Assembly (NCBI GenBank): GCA_024626585.2
Contig: JANKJI020000002.1
Location: forward strand, 269,710,794 to 269,732,537
From: Ginkgo biloba
Lineage: Eukaryota > Plantae > Ginkgophyta
Length of the DNA stretch: 21,744 nt
Reading direction: 5' to 3'
Shown here: piece by piece, positions 10,486-20,824 of the stretch
How the letters are laid out: every line of letters starts with the position of its first letter
Numbering within the stretch: the first letter of the stretch is position 1
Made by a program: the position numbers and the translations under genes
Notes under the pieces: generated by a model
The model's input: the letters and a program-made list of their open reading frames with translations, nothing else
The model's database searches: none
What the model was told of the DNA's origin: nothing

Positions 10486-11140
10486 TGATATAGGAGCATC
10501 CAAAGCTCACCTTATCGGAGCCGACAAGCACCAACGAAAGTGTCAACCTCGTCGGTGAGGACAATGAAGGTCAGGAGCGTCGGTGACTAGAAAAATGATA
10601 ATTGTCGATGAAGCCATGACCCGATATACCCATCGATGAAGAAATATACCCGTCGATGAAGGTATATCCTGACAGTCGTCAGTGAGGATAAAAGCAGTCA
10701 CTGTCGGTGGAAACGCCTGATGAGCCTTGAGGTTCAGGAAGACAGACGACGTCGGAGGAGGTCGTCGAGACCGACGAAGCTTTGGAACACTAACAGACTG
10801 ATAAGCATCGGATAGAAGAAGAAAACAAAACTCATTGGTAAGGTGGAAAACCAACGAAAGGCAGTTATCTAGAACTGACCGACGACAGGCAAGACCAATA
10901 GAAGGAGAAAAACAACTTGCATTGGTGATCCAGATTGCAATAACCGACAAGGTTAAGGATGGCTAGGAGAAGTCAATTCTATGAGCGTGGCAAGCATTAA
11001 TTGCAGANNNNNNNNNNNNNNNNNNNNNNNNNNNNNNNNNNNNNNNNNNNNNNNNNNNNNNNNNNNNNNNNNNNNNNNNNNNNNNNNNNNNNNNNNNNNN
11101 NNNNNNNTAAATATCATGGAGAAGTAGTGGCTCTACATCA
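10486..11140 (+). mobile_element. CRM-type LTR sequence (5' part 10486-11007, possible 3' end at 11140 across a gap)
   Basis: Starts TGATATAGGAGCATCC, identical over 15 nt to the LTR start at 6601(-). After the gap, ...CTACATCA (11140) is followed by a very degenerate PBS-like tctagtac and then gag. The two parts may belong to different copies. Confidence 0.6.
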
Positions 11141-11298
11141 TCTAGTACTTAATAAGGTTAAAGCTCATTGAGAGGAGTTGTAAAGCTAAGACATTGGAAA
11201 AAGTAGTGGATATGATATTAAAGTTAGTTAAAAAAAAAACTCATTTAGGAGGTATAACAAATCTTAAAGAGAGCATTGATTGTGAGAAAAAATTGAGA

Positions 11299-12020
11299 AT
11301 GGCCCCAAGAGTAGACAAATGAGGTATAATGGCTACTCAGGTAGTTAAAAATCTAGTAATATGAGTTGAAGAACTATAAAGTGAGTTGAGGAGACGTAGA
11401 CCTGAAGATGATGACGAGTTAGAACTAGAAGGGGTGGAATAAGAACATCAAGAACAAGAACCAAAGGAGTTGTTAGTAAGATTATTGAAGAATAATTGAG
11501 GAGGAGCAAGAATGGAATTTCTGAGCTTTAGAGGAAGCTTGAATCCAAAATATTTATTGGACTGGGTAGAAGTTATGGAGAAGTACTTTGACTAGGAAGA
11601 GATAGAAGATCCCAAGAGAGTGAAATTTGCATGTACCAAGTTGAAAGGACATGCATCTCTATGGTGGGAGCATTTGCAAAAATAAAGGGCATGGAAGAAC
11701 AAAGAGAATATTTGCATGTGAAATAAGATGGTGGCTAATGTCAAAGGGAAATTTCTACATATAGACTACGAAGAAAGATTATTCTAAGACTTCCAAAATT
11801 TGAGGCAAAAGTATAAGAGTGTAGTAGAATACACTGACGAATTCTATAAGCTATCCATTAGAAGTGAACTTGATGAAGTTGAGGAACAATTGACAATGAG
11901 GTATTTGAATCGTCTAAATTTAACCATATAAGATGAGATCTCCATGTAATGGATGAGGATGATGGAGGAATCTTATTAGTTAGTATTGAAAGACAAGGAG
12001 AAGATGACCAAAAATTTGAG
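11299..12020 (+). pseudogene. Decayed CRM-type gag
   Basis: One frame from ATG 11299 with about 12 stops: ...ARMEFLSFRGSLNPKYLLDWVEVMEKYFD*EEIEDPKRVKFACTKLKGHASLWWEHLQ...FQNLRQKYKSVVEYTDEFYKLSIR...RYLNRL (retrotransposon gag domain). Confidence 0.9.
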
Positions 12021-12695
12021 AAAGAGACCACTCATTGAGGGAGTAGAGTTTTTATCTCAAAAATAGAAGAAAGATGGCTTATATTTGTTTCCTCTCAAAT
12101 TAAAAGACTTTCAGGAGCTCGAAGCGTTAAAGGAAGCAAAAGGCTCCACCAAGGTTAGTGCCATCCTACACCATAAAGAAAGTGATCAACCATAGATGAG
12201 TTAGGGTGCTTCCGAGTACTAGTGCACAGGAATAGGGAAAAAGAATGAGTTCCAAATGGGAATATAAGGTACACCTTGGAGGAAGTAGCTTATAAATGGA
12301 TTTTTAAAGCAGCAAACAAAAACTCTGTTTTTCAGGGTTCTAGAAATGACTTGGAACACAGAGAAGGATTAAGACGGAGAGATAGGGAGGATCTTCACTT
12401 CCAAAAACAGCCACAACTTACTGATAAAGCAGAAAAAAATCAGGACTGCCCAAAGACATGATCTGGCAGAATCTTTTGAGCTCCAAAGGACCAAAAAACA
12501 AAAGGGAATTTATTTTTTTGCGAAATGCGATTGTGTGCCATAAAAGAACGTTAGGTTACCGAGTTTAACATTGATTCGCACAAAATATATAGCATTTGAA
12601 CTTATGAGTAGCTGTGGACTGTGATTTTCGATTTAAGCTCCACCGCTAAGAAATATATCCTCATGTGTCCTCAATCTTCAGTAAGAGAAGTGTAA

Positions 12696-12702
12696 ACCAA
12701 CC
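12696..12702 (+). promoter_or_regulatory. Possible AC-II (MYB) element upstream of the CCR-like gene
   Basis: ACCAACC 400 bp upstream of the ATG. A single 7-mer could be chance. Confidence 0.2.
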
Positions 12703-13095
12703 TCGTGCTCCAATCATGACTGTATTTATTTGTTAGTTATCATTTTAAGGTAACTTTTGATAACGGACAGTGCTAAATTTAGTTTTCTGTAGAGGGCTGA
12801 AGTGACAAGGGCTAACCAGTATTTCTTGATAATTATCGATAAGATTTTGATAATTTCAGTAAATCGGCAATGTGACATGTTTATGACATCATCAAATTGG
12901 ATTTTGGACATCATTTAAAGATCAGTGGCAGGGATCCAGAGCGTTCATAGTATCGAGGAGTAAGCATTTCTGCATTTGAACAAGCCGAGGCGAGCTACAT
13001 TTGCATTGCTTTGAGATCAGTAGCTGATAAATATAAGTTGTGAAAGGATCATCAACGAAATTGGTGATATTGTGCAGGTAATAATCCGTCCGAAA

Positions 13096-13210
13096 ATGAG
13101 TGGCAAAGAGACTGTATGTGTGACTGGAGCAAGTGGATTCATTGGGTCATGGGTTGTTCGTTTGCTGTTAGAACGAGGTTACTCCGTTAGGGCTATTGTT
13201 CAAAATCTTC
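13096..13210 (+). CDS. CCR-like exon 1
   Basis: [38 protein letters not shown]; donor C|gtaagt. Missed by the ORF track. Confidence 0.95.
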
Positions 13211-16200
13211 GTAAGTGTGATTTTTTTAGCAATGGTAAATGAAAGGTTCTTGGGTTTTATTTTTATTGCATTTTGGCTTATGATCAGTGTTCTGTTTCTG
13301 AGGATTGGATATTGTGTTGTACAGAAAATGAGAAGGAGACTAAGCACTTGGAGGCCATGGAGGGGGCCAAGGAAAGGCTAAAATTGTTTCAAATAGACCT
13401 CCTGGATTATGATTCTCTAGAAGCTGCCATCGATGGGTCTGTTGGTGTTTTTCATATTGCATCTCCTTGTATCGTGGATGAAGTCAAGGACCCACAAGTG
13501 AGTTGAATCATTTCTTTCCCTTGTTTTGGCAAATCGAACAGGCAATATCTAGTTGTGATTGCAAGGTTAGCAAATTTAGTATTCCAATGTTTAATTGTGA
13601 CTGCAAGGTTTTATTGTAATTGAATATGTACATAATCCTGAATTAGTCGCCAAGGCTGTCCAATGTGGTAACAGAATGAATTTTACCGGCTTGGTGATGG
13701 TGCAAAACCCTTGTCTGTCATATGTAAGCTTTCAGGCAATGGCTTCTACGCTTATCTTAATATATTAACCGTTGAATGATAACAAAAGTAATTTGAATGG
13801 TGCAGTAAGTGATCAATGCACAGTGTGCAGACTGTGATTTCTAATTTCAAAGTTTAACTGTCAACGATATATGTGAATTATTCGGTATCTGGGCAGGCTG
13901 AGCTTTTGGATCCAGCTGTTAAAGGTACCCTGAATGCATTGAAAGCAGCCCACAAAGCAAAAGTGAAACGCGTGGTAGTAACCTCCTCAATCTCTGCAAT
14001 CATTCCCAGTCCTAAATGGCCTGCAGATATGCCGAAGGATGAGAACTGCTGGACTGATCTAGATTACTGCAAAGAAAATGGGGTGAGGTATTGGAGCTGT
14101 CTTGGGTTTGATTGGACTATTTGCTTGTTGAGATGAATGATTGACATGGTCAAAACTTGATTGGATGCAGATTTGGTATCCTGCATCAAAAACACTTGCA
14201 GAGAAAGCGGCTTGGGATTTTGCCAAACAGACTGGTTTGGACGTGGTTGTGATCAATCCCGGTACTGTAATGGGAACTATTCTACCTCCAGGGATCAATG
14301 CCAGTATGGCCATGTTTCTGCGACTTCTTCAAGGTATGCTCACATTTTCTTCATGTTGCATTTCGTGAAAATGTATTTTGACATTTGTGCATGAGTACAA
14401 GGCAGCGTTCTGTTTTTGTCTCATTCTCTTCGCCTCAAGACTCAAGGTTTTGAACAAAGGTTGTATGGGTTCGTGGGGATGGGGGATGCAAGGTACGGGT
14501 GCACGTCCCCAAAACGTCTACCCCAAAAATATGGGTGCGCCAGTATGTGGGTACGGCAATTATACACACACATGCACAGTTTTTGACAATTTAAAAACTT
14601 AGATGATTAGATCCAATTCATATCCATATGGTTAACTATGATCGTCAATGCATGAACTTTGAAACAGAAATAGAAAGCGCTCACTGAGAATTTGAGATGT
14701 ATGACCATCCAAACCATAAACCATCCATAGGTAAGAATTTGAGATATATGTCAACTTTCAAGACACAAATCTAAAATCATAATTTAGAATTATAAATCAG
14801 TAAATGTCAAAATGTCCAAACTGTGAAAGCCTAAAGACCATAAGTAGAGTCACAAAATGCTGATCATGAAATGTTTCTTCCAAAAGTCTGAAATCTGCTT
14901 TATTTTTGCTTGATAAAAGAAAATTCAGTCACTCCTTCCTTTCCTCCTTGCAAAACTAAGAAGAACTAAGTTGAGAAGCATTGTCCTTCCTCCTTGTTGG
15001 TTACTGACAACTCTGCAATCTGCTAGATAAAAAAACAGCAAGCTGTGTTTCCCTTTTAGAGTCTAACTTACTTTTAAAATAGTGAGATAGGGTTAGTAAA
15101 AAGTGGATTAGTAGTTAATTTTAGTTAGCAACTAACGTAGGGTATTACTTAATTTCTCCACTTTTTAACCTTTTTTTTCCTTTACTCTTGTTTTTTTTTG
15201 GGGGGGGCGGCTGTGTGTTCCAGTGGGGACACAGGGATGTCACTGTGGTATGGCCAGAGACGGCCCAACTGTACAAGGTATGGCCTGTATCTGTCCCTGC
15301 ATTCCTGGTGCACGTACTGTCCCTGGTTCTTGTATCCAGCTGGATGGTGACACACATCCGGCAACATACGAACAAACACATCCTCTGTCTGTGTGTGTGT
15401 TGAAAACCGGTTAATTATTCTCATTGACTTCTTTCATCCTTCCAGTCCAAGGGAAATAGCAACCCGTTGCAGTCCATAGTTTAGCCCAATCTGGCAGCCT
15501 CCCCTTACCACCACAAACAAAAAGGAGGTTTGAAAATACCTATAATGTTTCCTGGAAAAAAGGATCTATACGAGCTTGAAAGCTCATGAAAGGAATGTTA
15601 GACTGTGGAAAAAGCACATCTAAAATCCAGATGAGGCCTCCAACATAACAAAAATGTATAGAGGTCCAATTTGCCACATTGCCAGATATGGTTGTTAAAC
15701 ATGTGTCTTTCATTTCATCATCCAGATTGCATCAGGTTTCTCTACCCTTCTCACACACACATACACCTATGCATACCTATGCACACGTGCACACACAACA
15801 CAGAGGAATCCAAATTACTACAAGACTGCAAATAATTGAACAAAACATTATCAAATCTGCTTTGGGTGATAAGTAGAAAAGAGGCCTAAAAGAAAAGATC
15901 CAGTTGGTATTTACTTTCCCATGAGCAGCCAAATATGCAAGAATGAAGATGCTGACATTCTGGCAACCAAAGCTTTAAAAAGGTATTATCATCAGAAGGT
16001 ACCTAACAAAAACCTGTTAAAGGAACTGACAAGTTGTTGAAATAATATTCAATGTTAATTAGGTTTTTATACATAATATTAACCTTTTTAAGAGGACTCT
16101 TTTAACAAGAATAAATATGGAATAGATGGCATGCCCAAAGAATGTCTGTTCAAGGAAGAGACATAGATACATAAAATGTTAACCATGAAGTTAAGGTAGC

Positions 16201-18126
16201 AGACCAAATGACTAGAGCAGTGGACCTTTTGTTGTATATCAGTATCTTGACATTTTGCAAGATGCAAAGCTTCTACCAAGGCCCTGGATATAAACTGAAA
16301 AGACTGAAAAGGTTGTCATATTGCTTGTAATTTTATTGCATTGAAGATATGTTTGGTGAATCTTTCCTGCTAGCAGTTTGCATTAAGTGATCTTAGGCAA
16401 GCACCATGTTTTCTTCAAGCGGAGAGGATGGGAATCTGAGTTCCACAAACGTTGACAGTGGCAGTTGGGGAAGGGGGTAATCCATAGGAAAAAGTTTGAA
16501 ACTACAATATTTATTAGTGGACATTAGGGTTCTAATTACTCTGTTTAGATTTGTAGTTCTGAGTTCTTTGGTAGCAAAGGTTTGGGGAAACACAACAGAA
16601 ATAGTCTTATAACCCAAATGATTACTCTGGCAAGTCCCTTTATTGGGTACAATGGTCTCTATAGTATATCATTTGCATCATGAAAAGGTGCTATGGTGTA
16701 GAGGCAACAAGAATTTGATCAGCATACATTTTGAAATCCTTTACTTTATGCTTTCGTCAAAGGATAATGGAGTTTTGAAAGAAGGCCAAATTGTTGCTTT
16801 TATTGCAACAAAATCTGCATTATTCATTACTGCTTTCTACTTGCACTTACTTGTGATGCCTACATTACAACAAGAGTTGCAATCAGGGATAGTCTAACTG
16901 AAGAGATGGGGGATTGTCTAATTGAAGAGATGAGGATAAATGGATGATGTTCCTTGTGACTATGTATGGATCTGAGCAGATTATGTCATGAACCTTTCAG
17001 CGTCACCGGGGATTTGATAAATCACTGAAGACAATTAAATTTTAATGAGCATGGAATGCTTTCAGAGAATGTTCAGGTGATTTCATCTACCTGGAATCCT
17101 AGGAAGAAAGTCAAAGCGAATGAGAGAACAACATTTGGAGTTTCTAAGATGAAGCATTGTATGCCAATGTGCTCCCTTCAACAATATAATGGTCTGCTTA
17201 TATAGAAAGAAATCAAGTTCCAAAGAGTTTCTCAGAAGAAGTACAAGCATAGTAGCACCAGTTCAGTTGAGTGTGGGTATGGGTGCATACTAGGGCCGTG
17301 AAAAATTGTGGGTGCAAGCATGTTTAAGTTTTGTATAGTTGCAGGTTCCTATGTTGGAGTTTGGGATGGTGTTATTCCTTTGTACTAATATATTATATTG
17401 ACTTAGTGTTTACTTATGTATTTATGGGAAAAAAATAATGTTTGGATTTTGTGCATATTAAATAAACAAATGAAAGTAAAATAATGTTTTTCAAAGAATT
17501 CAAGTGCATATAAAACACTTGTTTGGAAATAAGATGATTAATGCAAGCACAAGTCCTAAGTTTCAAAGAATTGAGAATGGTGCTACTTAACTATTGAAAT
17601 TGATGCATTCTTTTCAAATGGACTGCCAAAGGTTGCAATGGTTGACATCAAACTCGATGTAGTTATAAATTTTATATCAAATTGTTTTATGATGTGGAAT
17701 AAAATTTAGGGGGCACTTCCGTATGCATTTCTGGTATGGTGCTCATTGTTCTTCCAGGGCCTCATCTGTTATCTTTGTGGGTGTTAAAGGTTATGTTTAA
17801 CTGATTTTCTTTCATTTGTAATGTTCCCATGCTCACATAATTGACCACCTTGTTGCTTTCCATGAGATTCAGCAGAGCTTGAGTTGAATTATTCTGTTAA
17901 GAAAAGTAAGCTTACTTTGTCACCCTGATTATGGTCCAGGCTGTACTAATGGGTATGAAAACAATAATATGGGCTGTGTACATGTAAAAGATGTTGCAAA
18001 AGGACACATCTTACTCTATGAAACTCCATCAGCATCGGGAAGGCACCTTTGTGTTGAAGCCACAACCCATTGGAGTGACTTGGCTGAAACGGTGGGGAAA
18101 CTATATCCTGAATATAAAGTGCACAG
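13096..18126 (+). CDS. Cinnamoyl-CoA reductase-like NAD(P)-dependent reductase (extended SDR, At5g58490-type); exons 13096-13210, 13325-13497, 13897-14082, 14171-14333, 17940-18126; 3' exon not in window
   Basis: The spliced frame is open for 274 codons with GT-AG introns in phases 1,0,0,1,2. It contains the Rossmann motif [20 protein letters not shown], the catalytic Ser region VVVTSSISA, YxxxK in [21 protein letters not shown] and VHVKDVA. Confidence 0.95.
13325..13497 (+). CDS. CCR-like exon 2
   Basis: Acceptor tgtacag|; [57 protein letters not shown]; donor |gtgagt. Confidence 0.95.
13897..14082 (+). CDS. CCR-like exon 3
   Basis: Acceptor ggcag|; [62 protein letters not shown]; donor |gtgagg. 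Confidence 0.95.
14171..14333 (+). CDS. CCR-like exon 4
   Basis: Acceptor atgcag|; [54 protein letters not shown]; donor G|gtatgc. Confidence 0.95.
14440..15370. mobile_element. Possible old MITE/non-autonomous DNA transposon in intron 4
   Basis: AT-rich core flanked by GC-richer ends, with gtacggg/gtatggg-type motifs on the left and cctgta/cgtac-type motifs on the right. No clean TIR or TSD. Confidence 0.3.
17940..18126 (+). CDS. CCR-like exon 5
   Basis: Acceptor gtccag|; [62 protein letters not shown]; donor AG|gtaacc. Missed by the ORF track. Confidence 0.93.
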
Positions 18127-18420
18127 GTAACCTGTTCATCTTGTCATGGTAAAAAGAAAATGAGCCTCGTATGCTTTCTTCATTTCATGAATGTGATTTT
18201 TCATTTGAATGGAAGAATGTTTTAGCAAAATACTAGTAGATTCATGGTCAATAACTTCCCAGTTCAGCTCAGTGGATCTGTTACTTTTGGTGAAAACTAT
18301 ATGTCTCCGGGTCAATCATAGGTAGAAAGACTTTGTTTTGATAATGGAGTTACTACATCCGAGATTCCTAGCATTTTTTTTGGGGGCAGTCCATCAACCA
18401 AATCTAAGTCAAGTGTTGAT

Positions 18421-19006
18421 ATCTTATATTTAGTCAATGTTTATGCCATTCTGTATGAAACCATAACCTAAGATAATTTGGAAAGGGAATAAGTGATATT
18501 CTTTATTAGTAGAAATCTGATAGGTTACAAATTAAATTATACACTTGTTAAAAAATAATTTTTGGCTCTGGTTTTCACAACCAAAAAGCTTTGATAATAT
18601 CTAATTAATTCTCACACCAATGTGTACACTCAATCAAATCAAATTCTTGATCTCTTATCCAAGCTCGATCACACTACGAGGGATAGATGATGGGACATAT
18701 TATTATAATAATTTGACATATCAATAGTAAGAACAAAATCTAAAAAGGGAATGGTCATAAAAAAACACTTGGCAGACTTACCTTTGCCCAAAAATGAGAA
18801 TGAACCTATTAATGACTCATTACCAGATGAAAATATTTTTCACATCAACCAAAGAGATTTTTCCAAGTATGCATGGTACAAAGATATCATTTCATATATT
18901 GAATCTCAGGAGTACCCTCATTCAACCTCTTTTAAATAAAATAAACACATCCATGCTATGACATGGGAATAATTCATAATAGGAAGTACACTTTATAAAT
19001 GATATT
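18421..19006 (+). pseudogene. Decayed Ty3/gypsy non-chromovirus (Tat/Athila group) RNase H and start of the integrase region
   Basis: One frame: ILYL...ERE*VIFFISRNLIGYKLNYTLVKK*FLALVFTTKKL**YL...R*WDILL**FDISIVRTKSKKGMVIKKHLADLP...PINDSLPDENIF...WYKDIISYIESQEYP. Confidence 0.85.
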
Positions 19007-19106
19007 NNNNNNNNNNNNNNNNNNNNNNNNNNNNNNNNNNNNNNNNNNNNNNNNNNNNNNNNNNNNNNNNNNNNNNNNNNNNNNNNNNNNNNNNNNNNNN
19101 NNNNNN

Positions 19107-19500
19107 CTTTGAGCGCAAGCACAACCATTGGAAGCTCGTGCTCTTCTATAATCTCAAAGGACTTCAAGAATTCCTTTGCTGATCTCACCCAAGATTAGAA
19201 AGAAGATCCCACATTTCATCCATCATATTTTGTAATTTGTACATTCTTCGTCTGTTTAGCGGATTGCAAAAATTCCCACACCTTCCAACTCCTCTTATGC
19301 TTAGGAATTTGTTCATCATCTAATTCCTCCCCTTGATCTTTATGCTTTTCCTTGCGTTGTTTCCAAGGGAAAGGGACTTCCTCTTGCTTGGCCTCTAGAG
19401 GGTTTTCTTCAACGGATTCCAACTCTTCCTACTTCCTTCGTGGATAATAGGTCTTTCGCGGATCCTCCTTTGCTTCCTTCAGCTCCCTCAATTCAAGTCT
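19107..19500 (-). pseudogene. Decayed retrotransposon gag N-terminus
   Basis: ORFs 19216-19422 and 18922-19188 share a frame: NVQITKYDG*NVGSSF*SWVRSAKEFLKSFEIIEEHELPMVVLALK, matching the (F/Y)DG...W....E.(F/Y) start of gag domains. Confidence 0.55.
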
Positions 19501-20305
19501 CATGGCTTGTGTTTCTACTTGCAATTTCGTTAGGATTGTTGATTCCTTCTTTGGAATCTAAACTACCTCATGGGATCTAATACCACTATAACAACCTGCT
19601 CCTCTAAACTTGCAAAAATAGACTAATTAGACCTGCATCTAATATGAAGAATGCATAAAAGAGTGAGGTGACTTTAGTCATGCATTCAAAAGGAAAAATA
19701 GTCATAAATTTAATGCACAATGTGAGTGAAAAATGAACCGTCATTAATTCATGGTATATGTGTTGCTAGTGCATTACAAGTTAGTAGGGAAGGGACTGCT
19801 AAACTAGGGTTGATTTTTAAATAAGTTTCCAAACACCTTCCATTGGCTATGGGGATCGTTTAAGGACTTGAACGAAGTAGTCAACCAAACCTTTGATGCA
19901 TAAATGCAACCGTCATTGCCTAACAACTATACCTCATCCACTAAAATCCACCCCACACCCTTGCATTAATAAAGATGTCGGGCGTAGGTCCATTTCAACC
20001 TCTTTTCAGCATCAGGATAATCCTAGACAACTAGGATATCCATCCCTCTTGATAGTTAATGGTTTTCAGTAATAAAGCTCTAGGGCTACACCAATAGGCC
20101 TTGTCTAGAATCTCTATTGGTTCTACCACCATTATGGATACATCAAAAGACCATACATCACGACTACAACAATAGTCATACTGTCCATATGTACTACAAT
20201 AACCTGTAGATCCTGCAACTACACCAATAGGCTATAGACTAGTAGCTATGTATAGACATCCATTTGATTAGGTTATTTATTCTCCCACTTTTAATTTCCC
20301 TCAAA

Positions 20306-20321
20306 TGGTGACTCCAAGGGA
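20306..20321 (+). promoter_or_regulatory. Degenerate Tat/Ogre-type PBS (tRNA-Arg-like) after a putative LTR end at 20303
   Basis: ...ttccctCA aa TGGTGACTCCAAGGGA resembles TGGCGACTCCACTGGGGA. Confidence 0.5.
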
Positions 20322-20527
20322 AAAACATGGTCCTCTCATAGAGGCGCCTTTGGTAAAGGCATAGGATCCCCCAGAAGAGCCCCCATTAGTAATCTACTTG
20401 GGAGGTTTCACTCTCGAAGTGGCTAGTAATCTATTGCGAGTTCTTGCTTTTATATTTGCAAATCTGAGTTCTTGAGTTGTGGAATCTATGTTCATTATTG
20501 GAGATTGGTAGCAATGTTCTCTATAAA

Positions 20528-20539
20528 TGGTATCAGAAC
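20528..20539 (+). promoter_or_regulatory. Primer binding site, tRNA-iMet type, of the downstream chromovirus
   Basis: TGGTATCAGAAC (11/12 to consensus), about 300 bp upstream of gag. Confidence 0.75.
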
Positions 20540-20824
20540 AGTCTTCTTTGCATGTTTCCGGAAGAGAAACACCAAGCTATCAATTTTTTTTTTCTTTTTG
20601 GAATATTGACTCGTGCACCCAATCGGGGAGTTTTCTTGTAGATCTGGAGCGAAGAAGATTGTGAGTAGAATTGCCTCCAAGGATTGTGGCAACTATAGTT
20701 GAAGTTCCAACAAGCTTAGCATCCTCAAACTTCATCAGTTGTTGTTGTCGTATAGAGCTATTTTTTCAAAATTTTCTCAGAAACCCTTGTTGGCTCGCAC
20801 CTTTGTTCTTGCTACCGTGCTAGA

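Noticed and set aside
10163-10558. ORFs with HTHTHT repeats (possible metal-binding protein)
   Set aside because: Translation of the (CA)n microsatellite.
14059-14394. Antisense and alternative-frame ORFs over exon 4
   Set aside because: Shadows of the real CCR-like exon.
15145-15424. Four overlapping ORFs in intron 4
   Set aside because: A locally GC-richer, repeat-like patch with no recognisable protein.
15679-15876. ORF ending [14 protein letters not shown] as a candidate misplaced last exon
   Set aside because: It lies upstream of exon 5, includes CA-repeat translation and lacks the KL..LG motif of the family C-terminus.
15540-16380. Possible LINE remnant on the minus strand (LAAHGKVNT resembles a zf-RVT segment)
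   Set aside because: Only one short motif and no sustained frame, too weak to call without a search.
17248-17865. Second MITE-like stretch in intron 4
   Set aside because: Only vague terminal similarity and no TSD.
18220-18325. Candidate terminal exon after the ttttag acceptor
   Set aside because: The in-frame peptide (KILVDSWSITSQFSSVDLLLLVKTICLRVNHR) has no resemblance to the CCR-like C-terminus.
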